A stretch of 64,000 nt of DNA from positions 224,001 through 288,000 of the forward strand of contig CAXXET010000007.1 in assembly GCA_963666115.2 (NCBI GenBank), written 5' to 3'. Origin of the DNA: Dehalococcoidia bacterium (GTDB taxonomy: Bacteria; Chloroflexota; Dehalococcoidia; UBA6926). Positions 19,090-29,925 of this stretch are shown piece by piece. Positions within the stretch are counted from its first letter, which is position 1. The number at the start of each line of letters is the position of its first letter. The translations under genes were made by a program, and so were the position numbers. A model generated the notes under the pieces. That model saw only the letters and a list, made by a program, of their open reading frames with translations. It did no database searches and had not been told where the DNA came from.

Positions 19090-21387
19090 ATGACCCAGAC
19101 TCAGCAGGAACCCACACGCATCGTCGGGCGCGGCGTTCAGCGGGTTGACAGCCCGGAACGGCTGACCGGCGAGGCCGTTTTCGGCGCGGACCACACCACC
19201 GACGGCACACTGTACGCCAAGCTCGTCCGCAGCCCGCACGCCAACGCGCGCGTCCTGAGCATCGACGTATCGAAGGCGGTTGCCCTGCCCGGCGTCCGCG
19301 CAGTCGTCACCTCGGCGGATTTCCCCTACATCGCCATGAGCAACCAGGCAGTCGGCGGCGAGATCACCATGACGCCGCGCGACCAGCGCCGGATGCAGAT
19401 GGCGGAGGATCGCATCTTCTACCACTGGCAGGCGGTGGCGGCCATTGCCGCGGACGACGCGACGATTGCCGAGGAGGCCGCCGCGCTCGTCGAGGTGGAA
19501 TACCAGCCGATTGAGCCTGTCGTCGACGTGGAGCGCGCCGTTCGGCCCGATTCGTCGCTCGTGCATGACGATCTCTATACGTGGGAGTTCGCCGGCGGGC
19601 CGTCGGACAAGCCGAGCAACATTGCCCGCCGCGTGGAGTTGAGCCGGGGCGACATCCAAAAGGGCTTCGCGGAATCGGACATCGTCATCGAGCGGTCGTT
19701 CCGCGGCGGCACGGTTCACCAGGGCTACCTGGAGCCGCAGGCGTGCACGGTGGACGTGGGTGATGACGGCCATCTGACCGTCTATTCCTCAAGCCAGATC
19801 AGCTTCAACCTGCGTGACACCCTCTCCATCATCCTCGGCCTGCCGCAGGACAAGATTACCGTCGTGCCGCTGGAGATCGGCGGCGGGTTCGGCGGCAAGG
19901 CGGGGCTGGGCATCGAGTTCGTGACGGCGCTGCTGGCCATGAAGGCGCGGCAGCCGGTCAAGCTGGTGCTTGCGCGGGAGGAGGTCTTCCGCGCCTCCGG
20001 CCCCACGTGCGCCCACGTCATTAATCTCCGCATCGGCGCGATGCGCGACGGCACAGTGACGGCATTCGAGGGACGCTATCTGCTGGACACGGGCGCGATG
20101 ACGGGATTCACCCACTCCGCCACCGCCGCCCTGACCGGAGCGTCGCATTACCGATTCCCGCACCTCTACGTGGACGCCTATGACGTGGTGACCAACAAGC
20201 CCGTCGCGATGGCGTACCGCGCGCCAAGCGGCCCCATCGGCAACTATCCCACGGAGGTCGTGATGGATGAGCTTGCCGAGGAATTGGACATGGACCCCAT
20301 CGACCTGCGGCTCATGAACGTAACGGAAGAGGGCGATCCGCTCCCGAACGGCCTCAACATGCCCGTGTGGGGACTCAAGAAAATCCTGCTCGCCGCCAAG
20401 GAGCATCCGGCATGGACTGATCCTGTGCCGGAGGGGCATGGTCGCGGCTTTGCGGCGGCGTATTGGGGAGGTGCGACGCTCACCTCCAGCGCGGAAATCC
20501 TGATCAATCCTGATGCCACGTTTGAGGTGACGACGGGCTCCGTGGACTTGACCGGCACGCGCACCACGATGGCGCAGTTTGCCGCAGAGGAACTCGGCGT
20601 GGAGATGGAACAGGTCAGCGTCCGCAGCGGCGATACTGATTCCGTCGGCCACACGGACGGCTCATTCGGCAGCCGTACGACGTTGACGACGGGCACGGCC
20701 GTCCTGCTTGCAGGCCGCGATGCGTTGGAAAAGCTGCGCGCCACAGCGGCGGAGATGCTGCGCGTCGAGCCTCAGTTCGTAGACTATGAGAATCAGACTT
20801 TCATCGCTCGTGACTCGGATCGCTCTGTGAGCCTGGCCGACGCCTGCAAGGCCGCTGTCGACGCAAACGAGGACGATGAGTTGAAGGGCATCGGCATGGC
20901 GACGGGGCTCCCCGCCGCGCCAACGTCCGCCGCATCCATTGCTGAGGTTGCCGTCGATAAGGATACGGGGCGCACGGCGATCACGCGGTTCACGATCTTC
21001 CAGGACCCCGGCAACGCGATCAACCCGCTCGCCGTGGAGGGGCAGATGCAAGGGGGCGCGGCGCAGGGCATCGGCTGGGCGCTGTGGGAGGTGTACGACG
21101 TCGACGTGGCGACGGGTATGATTCGCAATCCCAATTTCCTGGACTACCGGATGCCGACGACCGTTGACGTGCCGATGATCGAGCCGGTCATCGTATCCAC
21201 CCCGAACCCAAGCGGCCCGCACGGCGCGCGCGGCGTCGGCGAAATCCCGCTCGTGACGCCGGTAGGCGCAATCGGCAACGCCATCTACCACGCAACAGGC
21301 GTCCGCCTGCACCAGACCCCATTCACGCCGGAGCGGGTGCTATGGGGGCTAAAGGGGCTGGCGGGGGTGGAGGGGGATGCGGAGTAA
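19090..21387 (+). CDS. Xanthine dehydrogenase family molybdopterin-binding large subunit
   Basis: RSPHANA, HQGYLEP, IGGGFGGK, AYRAPSG, INPLAVEGQMQGG, GVGE. Confidence 0.93.
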   Translation: MTQTQQEPTRIVGRGVQRVDSPERLTGEAVFGADHTTDGTLYAKLVRSPHANARVLSIDVSKAVALPGVRAVVTSADFPYIAMSNQAVGGEITMTPRDQRRMQMAEDRIFYHWQAVAAIAADDATIAEEAAALVEVEYQPIEPVVDVERAVRPDSSLVHDDLYTWEFAGGPSDKPSNIARRVELSRGDIQKGFAESDIVIERSFRGGTVHQGYLEPQACTVDVGDDGHLTVYSSSQISFNLRDTLSIILGLPQDKITVVPLEIGGGFGGKAGLGIEFVTALLAMKARQPVKLVLAREEVFRASGPTCAHVINLRIGAMRDGTVTAFEGRYLLDTGAMTGFTHSATAALTGASHYRFPHLYVDAYDVVTNKPVAMAYRAPSGPIGNYPTEVVMDELAEELDMDPIDLRLMNVTEEGDPLPNGLNMPVWGLKKILLAAKEHPAWTDPVPEGHGRGFAAAYWGGATLTSSAEILINPDATFEVTTGSVDLTGTRTTMAQFAAEELGVEMEQVSVRSGDTDSVGHTDGSFGSRTTLTTGTAVLLAGRDALEKLRATAAEMLRVEPQFVDYENQTFIARDSDRSVSLADACKAAVDANEDDELKGIGMATGLPAAPTSAASIAEVAVDKDTGRTAITRFTIFQDPGNAINPLAVEGQMQGGAAQGIGWALWEVYDVDVATGMIRNPNFLDYRMPTTVDVPMIEPVIVSTPNPSGPHGARGVGEIPLVTPVGAIGNAIYHATGVRLHQTPFTPERVLWGLKGLAGVEGDAE

Positions 21388-21435
21388 GGGCGTGTATGCT
21401 GGATACGTTGGGGTGGGAAACAAGGCAAGCCGGCG

Positions 21436-22776
21436 ATGAATGAAATCACACTCAAGAACTTCCGCTGTTTCCGTGAGGAGCAGACGGCACGTTTGGCGCC
21501 GTTGACGCTGCTCGTCGGCGAGAACAGCACCGGCAAAACCTCCTTCCTGGCGCTGATACGCGCGTTGTGGGACATCGCGAAAGACAACCGGATTCCCGAT
21601 TTCAAGGAGGCTCCGTACGACCTTGGCAGCTTCGATGAGATCGTTCACCACCGTGGAGTGCGCAACGGGCGGTCGGATTCATTCGAGGCCGGGTTTAGCG
21701 AGTCTGGACGTCGAACCAGAAGCAGCGTCGAATTGCGCGCTACCTTCGGACGCTCCCGAACAATCCCAGTGCCAGTCAGGAGGCGTGTTTCTTCGGCGCA
21801 TGCGTGGCTGGAAGAATCGTCAGCGCTTAGCGAATCAAACGTCGTGCGAGTTGGAACGTCGAGGGGGACGTGGGAAATCATCGATAGGGATGGGGAGCGA
21901 GCCCGGGTATCTGCCGATGACGAACGAATCGCGTCCATTCTGAGTTTGTTGCGGCAGTCCCTCTTCATCGCGAAGAACGAACCGTCGCGCTTTAAGCCGA
22001 TAGACGGCAGTCCCCCCATCGACCCTGGCGATTTGGGTTCGCTCGACGACGTGGCGCGATCGTTCGTCGGGATACGCTCCGCTGACCGGAGACCGTTTGC
22101 GAGCGCCCCAGTTCGCTCCAGCCCCCGGCGGACCTATGACCCGGCCCGGCCCATACCGGAATCCGAAGGGCAGTACATACCGATGCTCCTTGCGGATATG
22201 TACGATCGCGACAAAAAGGCATGGAACCGGTTACAACAGGGGTTGATTCAATTCGGCAAGCAGGCCGGCCTCTTCGACGAAATATCCATCAAGCAGTTGG
22301 GCAGGTCCGGGAGCGACCCGTTCCAGGTTCAAGTGCGCAAATTTGACGGCGCGCGCAAGGGCCCGTGGCGCAACCTCATCGACGTTGGTTACGGCGTAAG
22401 CCAGGCGCTGCCGGTGATAACGGAACTCTTGCACCACACGCAGAGGTCACTGTTCTTGCTCCAGCAGCCGGAGGTTCACCTGCATCCGATGGCCCAGGCT
22501 GCGCTCGGCAGCCTGTTTTGCCAGGTCGCCACGGCTCGCCGGCAACTGATCGTTGAGACCCACAGCGATCACCTGATTGACCGCATCCGCATGGACGTTC
22601 GTGACGGCGTATCGAGCCTGAAACCGGAGGATGTTTCAATCCTCTACTTTGAGCGGCGCGACATGGACGTCACCATCCACTCGATTCAGATCGACAAACT
22701 TGGCAATGTCGTAGGCGCGCCGCCCAGCTACGGGCGTTTCTTCATGGATGAAACGGCGCGATCTCTCCGGTTGTAA
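21436..22776 (+). CDS. ABC/AAA_21-type ATPase with DUF3696-like C-terminus
   Basis: LKNFRCF, Walker A GENSTGKT, DVGYGVSQ, QQPEVHLHP, ETHSDH. Confidence 0.88.
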   Translation: MNEITLKNFRCFREEQTARLAPLTLLVGENSTGKTSFLALIRALWDIAKDNRIPDFKEAPYDLGSFDEIVHHRGVRNGRSDSFEAGFSESGRRTRSSVELRATFGRSRTIPVPVRRRVSSAHAWLEESSALSESNVVRVGTSRGTWEIIDRDGERARVSADDERIASILSLLRQSLFIAKNEPSRFKPIDGSPPIDPGDLGSLDDVARSFVGIRSADRRPFASAPVRSSPRRTYDPARPIPESEGQYIPMLLADMYDRDKKAWNRLQQGLIQFGKQAGLFDEISIKQLGRSGSDPFQVQVRKFDGARKGPWRNLIDVGYGVSQALPVITELLHHTQRSLFLLQQPEVHLHPMAQAALGSLFCQVATARRQLIVETHSDHLIDRIRMDVRDGVSSLKPEDVSILYFERRDMDVTIHSIQIDKLGNVVGAPPSYGRFFMDETARSLRL

Positions 22777-22779
22777 GGC

Positions 22780-23256
22780 ATGTGCGCGATTCTGGATGCG
22801 AACGCAGTGTCGGAAGTGTTCGGAGAGAACCGTCCAAGCGCCGGGACCAGGTTCCGTGAATGGATAGACAGCGGACGGGGGCGTCTCGTGACGGGCGGCA
22901 AGGCCCGCGAGGAATTGTACAGGGCATCGGAGCAGTTCAGGTTCTGGGCCAGAGCCGCTATCCGATATGGCCGACTGAAAGAGGAAAGTGACGACCGTGT
23001 CAACGCTCGGACTGCGGTGGTTGTTGAGGCGGGATTACACGAGTCGAACGACCCTCACATCCTTGCCCTCGCGATTGTCAGCGGAGTCCGATTGTTGTAC
23101 TCGAACGACAGGATGCTCCAGCGCGATTTCAGAAACAAGAGCTTGATTGACAGGCCGCGCGGCCATGTCTATACGACGCTTGTGAACAGGGATTTCACTC
23201 GTACACATGAACAGCTTCTCCGCCGGAAGGACTTGTGCGGCGAGCCGCAGGGTTGA
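22780..23256 (+). CDS. PIN-like domain protein
   Basis: ILDANA N-terminal strand, NDPHILALA, LYSND motifs; 3 bp after the ATPase. Confidence 0.75.
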   Translation: MCAILDANAVSEVFGENRPSAGTRFREWIDSGRGRLVTGGKAREELYRASEQFRFWARAAIRYGRLKEESDDRVNARTAVVVEAGLHESNDPHILALAIVSGVRLLYSNDRMLQRDFRNKSLIDRPRGHVYTTLVNRDFTRTHEQLLRRKDLCGEPQG

Positions 23257-23298
23257 GGGGCAACCCCTCCCGTTCATACTGGAGACTCAACTCAAGAA

Positions 23299-24435
23299 AT
23301 GGGACGCATACCTGATCCGTCACTGCCCGACCCCGGGCAATTCGAACCAACACCGTCTACAACATCTTGGGAGGGGGTTCCGATCAATCCAGCGGACGCG
23401 CCGCCCGGATACCGTCGACCAACGCTACAACCACCGGAGCCGCCAAGTGACGATCCACCCTCCGACGATGAGCCAGAGGGCGGCGGTCATCGCCCTGAAA
23501 AGGGGGGCAAGGGAGGCTGCATTGGGTCCATCGCAAAGTTCCTGCTCTACGTCTTGGCCATAGTGTTCATACTTGAGTTGATTGACAGTGCATTCAGCGA
23601 CGACCTCTGGGAAACAACTCTAGCTAGGCAACTACCTCCTCTACAGGCAATCGTTGAAGGTGAATTGCTCTTTTATATTGATCCCGTCCCCCAATATGCC
23701 GCTGAAGGTGTCAAAGAAGCTGTCGACGACATCGTCACTGATCTCGAATCGCAAAAGCCTTACGGCGCTGAAGTTCGCCGAACTGTCCAGCCGAGCCAAG
23801 CCGACATCCACATTAGTTGGATTCGCGATTTTGGTGGCGACCACTTGGGTACAGAAATAAGTACTCATATCCATGTCGGACTGGGGACCACGAATTGCCA
23901 AGATGATTGGCAAGCCTTCGATGCCGACACGGTAGCGCATACTTTATGGCATGAAATTGGTCACGCATTTGGGTACGGACACAGCCCAGATCCCAAGAAC
24001 GTCATGTACAGGAGTCTGAACTCGAGATTCGAGGTTGATCACGACATTAGACAAGTGTTGCCACAGGATTGGTATATGGGTACACCGATATGCGAGTCTG
24101 GTAAATACACAATAGAATTGGTTTCCCTCGACAATGGCGGTTCATTCGATCTCTCTATATTGCCCGCTGGAACCGAACCAGAGGACGTATTGGAAGGAAT
24201 CGTAACGCCGTCCACGGTTTGCTCTTCCGGCTCCTTTCAGACAATTGAAGAGGAATGCCAATTGAGAATTGGGGACAACATCTTGATTTACAACGGGAGC
24301 GACGATACTATAGAAATCGAAGGCAGCATAGTCTCCACTACTCCGCAGGAGCCCACTGACATGCAATGGGATCAGGCCGCGTTTCAAATCGACCAGGATC
24401 TGATTGACTATTTCCTAGACAAGTACGGCGACTAA
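23299..24435 (+). CDS. Membrane-anchored matrixin-family (metzincin) metalloprotease
   Basis: HEIGHAFGYGH + NVMY Met-turn; Pro-rich N-terminus, one TM helix; lower GC than flanks. Confidence 0.85.
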   Translation: MGRIPDPSLPDPGQFEPTPSTTSWEGVPINPADAPPGYRRPTLQPPEPPSDDPPSDDEPEGGGHRPEKGGKGGCIGSIAKFLLYVLAIVFILELIDSAFSDDLWETTLARQLPPLQAIVEGELLFYIDPVPQYAAEGVKEAVDDIVTDLESQKPYGAEVRRTVQPSQADIHISWIRDFGGDHLGTEISTHIHVGLGTTNCQDDWQAFDADTVAHTLWHEIGHAFGYGHSPDPKNVMYRSLNSRFEVDHDIRQVLPQDWYMGTPICESGKYTIELVSLDNGGSFDLSILPAGTEPEDVLEGIVTPSTVCSSGSFQTIEEECQLRIGDNILIYNGSDDTIEIEGSIVSTTPQEPTDMQWDQAAFQIDQDLIDYFLDKYGD

Positions 24436-24509
24436 ACACTGGATTATTACCGCGAGTTTTTCGCGGAGGAGTAGGCACAAAGCCTGTCATGGACAGCTAA
24501 GGGCTTCTA

Positions 24510-24533
24510 GATTCCCGCTTTCGCGGGAATGAC
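24510..24533. repeat. REP-like palindrome GATTCCCGCTTTCGCGGGAATGAC
   Basis: ATTCCCGC-TTTC-GCGGGAAT perfect inverted repeat between convergent genes. Confidence 0.8.
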
Positions 24534-24564
24534 GGACTGGGTGGAAAATAACGGAGCGGGGAGC

Positions 24565-27366
24565 CTAGTCGTCTTCCTCCACGTCATCACCGTCTTCGAG
24601 GATTTCTGCGTCTGTGTCCTCACCCTCAAGCGGGGCGTCATCGTCCGGCACGATTTCGACGATGTCCTCAGAAGACTCGACGATTTCGGCGGTTGATTCT
24701 TCGGTGGCCTCTGCCTCTGCAGCCTTTGCCCTGCCGTTCCTGCGGCTCCTGGCGGTTGCTTTCGTCTTTGCGCCGGCTTTGGCCTTTGCCTTTGCGCCGT
24801 TCTTCTTGCCTGAGCCGTTCTTTGCCTCCGGCTTGGGGAGTTCCTCTTCCGGCTCCGGGAATTGGGCTATCGCGACGACTACATCATCCTGCTCAAGACG
24901 CATGACCTGGACACCGCTGGTGTCTCGGCCCTTTGGGCGCACGTTGTCGAGAGTAGTGCGTATCACGATGCCCTTTCGTGAAATGAGCATGATTTCTTCG
25001 TCACGCGTAGCGGCAGCGACTCCCACAATCAGACCAGTTCTCTTATGCCGGTCATCCCGCACTTTGAAGGTCGCCACGCCTTTACCTTTTCGATTCCGTG
25101 TTGGATAGCCGTCAGTCTTGGGCCCTTGTGGTGTCTCGACGGTTTCTCCTGTACCCATACGAGTGCTCTTGCCGTAGCCGTGCGCAGAGATGACGAAAAG
25201 GTATTTCTCCGGGTCCGCGATGACGGCACTGACGACATTGTCTTCCGTTCCCCGCTTGCCGAATGTGATGCCGCGCACGCCGCCAGACGTTGCTGACGCT
25301 GCCCTAAGTGGGCTTATGAGAAAACGAATAGCAAGACCTTGCTCGGTGACGAGGATCACCTGGTCCTCTTCCTTCGCGAGAATCACGCTGACCAGATCAT
25401 CGCCGTCCTCAAGGTTCATCGCCTTCTTGCCCGTGCTTCGCACCCTCACGAACCGCTCCAATGGAGTTCGCTTTACGATGCCCTTTTGCGTGGCAAATAC
25501 GAGGTAATCGTGTTCAGAGAGATCAGACGCAGCCATCACCGTCGTCACGCGCTCATTTGGCGCGAGCGCGCTACCCTGGAACAGGTTGGCGACGGGGATG
25601 CCGCGCGCCGTCCTGGATGCCTCCGCCGGCAGGTCGAAGCACCTGAGCGTGGTCACGCGGCCCCGGTTGGTGAAGAACAGCAGCGTGTCATGCGTGTCAC
25701 ACACGAGGAGATGCTGGACGATATCCTCTTCGCGCGTCGTCACACCGGTCACGCCCCGCCCTCCGCGGTGCTGCCGCCGGTACGCGGACGCCAGCACGCG
25801 CTTGATGTAGCCGCGCTGGCTGATGGTGACTACGACTTCGTTATGCGGGATCAGGTCTTCGCGGCGCACCGCGCCGAGCTCGTTCTCGTCGATCTCGGTG
25901 CGCCGTTCGTCGCCATGCTTCTCCTTGAGTTCCTCGATCTCCTCACGGACGACAGACGTGATGCGCGTGGGGTCGCCGAGGATGGATTCGAGTTCAGCGA
26001 TGCGGGAGCGGAGCTCTTCGAGTTCGTCCACGATGGCCTGGCTCTCCAGCGCGGCCAGGCGGCGAAGCTGCATATCGAGGATCGCCTGCGCCTGCCGCTG
26101 CGACAGGGTGTAGCGCTCGATTAGGGTGATGCGGGCGGCGTCTGCGGACTCAGCCCCGCGAATGACCTCGATGACCGCATCGAGGTTGTCCAGCGCGACG
26201 CGCAGCCCCTCCAACACGTGGGCGCGATCCTGCGCGCGCCGCAGTTCATAGCGCGTGCGGTTGATGACGACATCACGCCGGAAGCGGATGAAGTGGTGGA
26301 TGATCTGGCGCAGCGGGAGAACCTGCGGCTCCCCGTCCACCAGCGCAAGCGCGTTGATGGAGAAGGACGAGCGCATGGCCGTGTGCTCAAAGAGGTTGTT
26401 GAGCACGATGTGGGCTGCGGCGTCACGCCGCAGCTCGATGACGACGCGCAGGCCGTCGCGGTCCGACTCGTCTCGAATCTCGCTGATGCCGTCCAGCCGC
26501 TTGCTGCGAACCAGGTCGGCCATCTTTTCGACGAGCGCCGCCTTGTTCACCTGGTACGGCAGTTCCGTGACGACGATCTGCGGACGCTGCCCACGCGTCT
26601 CGCTGTCCTGGATCTCCGCGCGGGCCTCGACGATCACCCGGCCGCGCCCTGTGGCGTATGCGCTGCGGATGCCCTCTGTGCCGCGGATGATGCCCTCAGT
26701 GGGGAAGTCCGGCCCCTTGATGAACCGGTGCAGATCATCGAGTGTCGCGTCGGACTCGCCGCCGTCCGGCGTCTCCTGCCAGCGGCTGATGGCGAACAGG
26801 ATGGCATCGCACACCTCGGTCAGGTTGTGCGGCAGCATGCTGGTGGCCATGCCCACGGCGATGCCGTCCGTGCCGTTGACCAGCAGGTTGGGGAGGCGCG
26901 AGGGGAGGACGACCGGCTCACGCTCTGAGCCGTCAAAGTTCTCCGCGAACGCGACGGTCTGCCTGTCGATATCGGTGAGCATCTCCTCCGCGATGGCGGC
27001 CAGCCGCGCCTCCGTATAGCGCATGGCGGCGGGCGGGTCCTTATCGACGGAGCCGAAGTTTCCCTGGCCGTCGACGAGCGGATAGCGCAGAGAGAACGGC
27101 TGCGCCAGGCGGACAAGGGCGTCATAGACGGGGGAGTCGCCGTGCGGGTGGTACTTGGCGATCACGTCACCCACCACTCGGGCGCTCTTGCGGTAGGCGG
27201 TGTTGCTGCGCATCCCCTGCTCATACATGGCGTAGAGGACGCGCCGCTGGACGGGCTTGAGACCGTCGCGCACGTCCGGCAGGGCGCGCGAGACGATGAC
27301 GCTCATCGCGTAGTCCAGGTACGCCTCGCGCATCTGGCGCTCAAGAGCAACGGAACGTTCAACCAT
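24565..27366 (-). CDS. gyrA: DNA gyrase subunit A
   Basis: [32 protein letters not shown], GyrA-box QHRGGRG, acidic tail. Confidence 0.98.
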   Translation of the reverse strand: MVERSVALERQMREAYLDYAMSVIVSRALPDVRDGLKPVQRRVLYAMYEQGMRSNTAYRKSARVVGDVIAKYHPHGDSPVYDALVRLAQPFSLRYPLVDGQGNFGSVDKDPPAAMRYTEARLAAIAEEMLTDIDRQTVAFAENFDGSEREPVVLPSRLPNLLVNGTDGIAVGMATSMLPHNLTEVCDAILFAISRWQETPDGGESDATLDDLHRFIKGPDFPTEGIIRGTEGIRSAYATGRGRVIVEARAEIQDSETRGQRPQIVVTELPYQVNKAALVEKMADLVRSKRLDGISEIRDESDRDGLRVVIELRRDAAAHIVLNNLFEHTAMRSSFSINALALVDGEPQVLPLRQIIHHFIRFRRDVVINRTRYELRRAQDRAHVLEGLRVALDNLDAVIEVIRGAESADAARITLIERYTLSQRQAQAILDMQLRRLAALESQAIVDELEELRSRIAELESILGDPTRITSVVREEIEELKEKHGDERRTEIDENELGAVRREDLIPHNEVVVTISQRGYIKRVLASAYRRQHRGGRGVTGVTTREEDIVQHLLVCDTHDTLLFFTNRGRVTTLRCFDLPAEASRTARGIPVANLFQGSALAPNERVTTVMAASDLSEHDYLVFATQKGIVKRTPLERFVRVRSTGKKAMNLEDGDDLVSVILAKEEDQVILVTEQGLAIRFLISPLRAASATSGGVRGITFGKRGTEDNVVSAVIADPEKYLFVISAHGYGKSTRMGTGETVETPQGPKTDGYPTRNRKGKGVATFKVRDDRHKRTGLIVGVAAATRDEEIMLISRKGIVIRTTLDNVRPKGRDTSGVQVMRLEQDDVVVAIAQFPEPEEELPKPEAKNGSGKKNGAKAKAKAGAKTKATARSRRNGRAKAAEAEATEESTAEIVESSEDIVEIVPDDDAPLEGEDTDAEILEDGDDVEEDD

Positions 27367-27556
27367 GAAGCATCGCCTCCATCCCGGGCCGACGGGCAGT
27401 CAGGCGCTAAGAACCATCGGGAAACCTCTGTGATTCGTACGCCCAGTCTAGCATTTTAGGCGGGGGAATGCACGGCATGTATGGGTTGGGGGGAGCCCAC
27501 CACTCGCCTTGCGCGGGGGCGGCGCAACAGAGGACAATGCGGCGCAGGGTGACGGC

Positions 27557-29344
27557 ATGAGAGACCACAGTGTGGGTGTCGACGATGCGCGGCCCGTGCC
27601 GAACGCAGGCGCGGAGGATTTCCGACGCCGTGCCGCGTCCGCCCTCACGCATCCGGTCACGATTGCCGCGCTTGGCCTGCTCCTCGTCAACGATCTGCTC
27701 CTGAAGTCGCTGTGGCCCGGCTCGTGGGTGACCGGCAAGCTGAGCGATTTTGCCTGGCTGGTATTCGCTATGCCGCTGTTGGCGTGGCTGCTGTCATTGG
27801 CGTCCACACGGGCGCGCTACCGGCGCTGGGCATTCGCGGTCTCCTACGCGGGACTGCCGCTACTCTACTTCCTCTACAACACGTTCACGCCCGTCTACCG
27901 GTTGCTCATCGACGGTGCCAGCCTGGTCTTCCGCTACACGCCGAGCTCTCCCCAGGACGCGACCGATTCGCTTGTCATTCCGTTCGCGGTGATGCTGGCC
28001 CTTTGGGTCTGGAGACGCGCGAGCGTTGAGCGCAACGTCCTGCGCCGCCGGTGGACGCTGCTCATTGCAAGCCTCGCAGTACTCGCCAGCATTGCGACAT
28101 CGCCGGCGGAACCTGAGCAGGGCGTAAGAGAGGTTGGCGTTGACCAGGAAGGAGGCATCTATGCCGCAACCGGCGGACTGATATACAGAGTGTCTGATGC
28201 GTACGCGAGCGCCGACGGGGGCTTCACCTGGAGCGAAACGTCCCGTGTGGACTCAGGGATCGTATCGGGCGACGCTGAGACATCAACGCCCCGAGGTCTG
28301 TATTCGCTTGACGGAGCAGACGTGATGCTGACGACTCCGGATGGTCAGACTCGCCAAGTCTATTCGACCGCGTTCTTGGAACATGCGGGAAATAGTTGGC
28401 TTCAAGGGCGGGAGACCGCCGATCTTGGCTACCGGATTCTCGCGACCAAGCCAAAATCGATTGTGCACGACGAGGCGAGCGGCAACGTCATCTTGGCGCT
28501 GGGGCTGGAGGGGGTAGTCATCGGAACGCCAGACGACCAATGGCACAGGGTTGGCGTGGGGCCGTACACACCAACCGATTTCTCGTTTGAGTCGAAGCTG
28601 AGAGAACTCCTGAGTCTGCCTTCTTTTTGGTTCGCATCACTCACACTATCGTTTACAGTAGCGCTGAGCGCACTCATCATTGCCGGAATTCCCAAGCGTG
28701 AAGGGAACTCCGCTACGGAAATCATCCTCAGCATCTTTATCCAAGCCACCACCGGAGTGGGCTGCCTAGCCATATACGGCTTCCTGTACGCGGCTTTCAT
28801 ATTACTCAGCGCAGGAATCGCATCGGCAGTCAATTGGAGTTCGGACGCGCTTGTCGTTCCCACCATTGTATGCGTTTCGCTCTTCATTTCGATTGGGTTG
28901 CCGCTCACATTGAGACTGCGCTGGCCAGCGTCACTGTTTCGTCGAATAGTCGCATACGCTCAGAGTGGAGCGATACTCGTCGCGGCTTTCTGGGCACTAT
29001 TGGTTTTCGATGATACCGGTGTTAATCCCCTCACTCTAACGTGGTTGCTCAACAGTGACGAAATCAGCATCTTGGCAATGCCATTCCTGGCCGCCATTGC
29101 CCCTGGTGCTTTCATCCTGACGTGGCGGCGATGGCGGCACGCGCCGGTTGTCGTGGGTTTCCTCCTAGCAACGAACGTAATGTTCCTGCTGGCGCACATA
29201 ATCTGGCTGCAGGCGGGTATCCCGCGAGTGATTATGACGCTCTGCGCCGTCGGCATTGCCGCCGGCCTCGGCTTTGCGCTCGCCCAATACCTGCGGGATA
29301 GGCCTGGTGAAGAGGGCACTGAAATGGACTTGCCATTTAGGTGA
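27557..29344 (+). CDS. Multi-pass membrane protein with extracellular BNR-like segment
   Basis: LLVND.LLK..WPG.WVTGKLSDFAWL N-terminal TM domain, SADGGFTW Asp-box, many C-terminal TM helices; start at ATG 27557 assumed. Confidence 0.7.
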   Translation: MRDHSVGVDDARPVPNAGAEDFRRRAASALTHPVTIAALGLLLVNDLLLKSLWPGSWVTGKLSDFAWLVFAMPLLAWLLSLASTRARYRRWAFAVSYAGLPLLYFLYNTFTPVYRLLIDGASLVFRYTPSSPQDATDSLVIPFAVMLALWVWRRASVERNVLRRRWTLLIASLAVLASIATSPAEPEQGVREVGVDQEGGIYAATGGLIYRVSDAYASADGGFTWSETSRVDSGIVSGDAETSTPRGLYSLDGADVMLTTPDGQTRQVYSTAFLEHAGNSWLQGRETADLGYRILATKPKSIVHDEASGNVILALGLEGVVIGTPDDQWHRVGVGPYTPTDFSFESKLRELLSLPSFWFASLTLSFTVALSALIIAGIPKREGNSATEIILSIFIQATTGVGCLAIYGFLYAAFILLSAGIASAVNWSSDALVVPTIVCVSLFISIGLPLTLRLRWPASLFRRIVAYAQSGAILVAAFWALLVFDDTGVNPLTLTWLLNSDEISILAMPFLAAIAPGAFILTWRRWRHAPVVVGFLLATNVMFLLAHIIWLQAGIPRVIMTLCAVGIAAGLGFALAQYLRDRPGEEGTEMDLPFR

Positions 29345-29374
29345 CGGTGATTGGCGTGCCGCTGTCCCGGAGAT

Positions 29375-29403
29375 TTGACACGGCACAATGCCCTCCGTAG
29401 GCT
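29375..29403 (+). promoter_or_regulatory. Sigma70-like promoter (TTGACA-17bp-TAGGCT), copy 1
   Basis: Perfect -35, 17-bp spacer, near-consensus -10. Confidence 0.65.
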
Positions 29404-29409
29404 GTATGT

Positions 29410-29466
29410 ACTTCCTCCCCGTCCGCTGGATGCGGCCTATGCCAAATCCCCGGGCGGGTGTTTTTT
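29410..29466 (+). ncRNA. Candidate ~57-nt small RNA ending in an intrinsic terminator
   Basis: Follows the promoter; CCCGTCCG(29418-25)/CGGGCGGG(29451-58) stem then TGTTTTTT; starts with CTTCCTCCC. Confidence 0.35.
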
Positions 29467-29497
29467 GCGCGAATTGGTGAACGGCAGGGAAGAAGAT

Positions 29498-29598
29498 TCA
29501 GGGGGTTCTTAGGAGGGCGACGAAGCCCGCCTGCTCGAAATCCCGGTCATATGCCAGCGCCTGGGTCAATCCCTGCTGCTCCATGACAGCGTCGGCAT
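29498..29598 (-). pseudogene. VapC/PIN toxin remnant (internal deletion)
   Basis: ATG overlapping the antitoxin TGA (MPTL...) joined out of frame to a PIN C-terminus VMEQQGLTQALAYDRDFEQAGF. Confidence 0.8.
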
Positions 29599-29885
29599 CA
29601 GGTCCCTTCTTTGGGATGGCCATTGAGATAGTGCTTCTTGTTCCTGGCGCCGTCAGTGGGCAGGTTTCCCCATATCTCCGGCGGCATGGAATTCTGAGCA
29701 TCTCTCACTCTCTCCGCGATGCCGAGAAGCCCTTTCGGGCGGGTATCGTCAGGACGCGCGGATTTTGGCGCGTTCTCAACCGACACCATGACCTCAGCGC
29801 CGTCCCTGATTTCCAGAGGCTCCAGCGGCGTCAGGACGCCCTTTTCGTATCGTGCTCGCACGGTTGCCACGATGATGACTCCCAT
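29598..29885 (-). CDS. DUF104/AF2212-like antitoxin
   Basis: VRARYEKGVLTPLEPLEIRDGAEV; C-terminal LPTDGARN..HYL.G; true start may be GTG 29870; TATAAT on minus strand at 29909-29914. Confidence 0.85.
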   Translation of the reverse strand: MGVIIVATVRARYEKGVLTPLEPLEIRDGAEVMVSVENAPKSARPDDTRPKGLLGIAERVRDAQNSMPPEIWGNLPTDGARNKKHYLNGHPKEGT

Positions 29886-29925
29886 GGGGTTTGGCCCTGC
29901 CTTTGGGCATTATAGCGCGGGAGGG

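Noticed and set aside
19090-21387. Aerobic CO dehydrogenase (coxL)
   Set aside because: Active-site loop is AYRAPSG, not form I AYRCSFR or form II AYRGAGR
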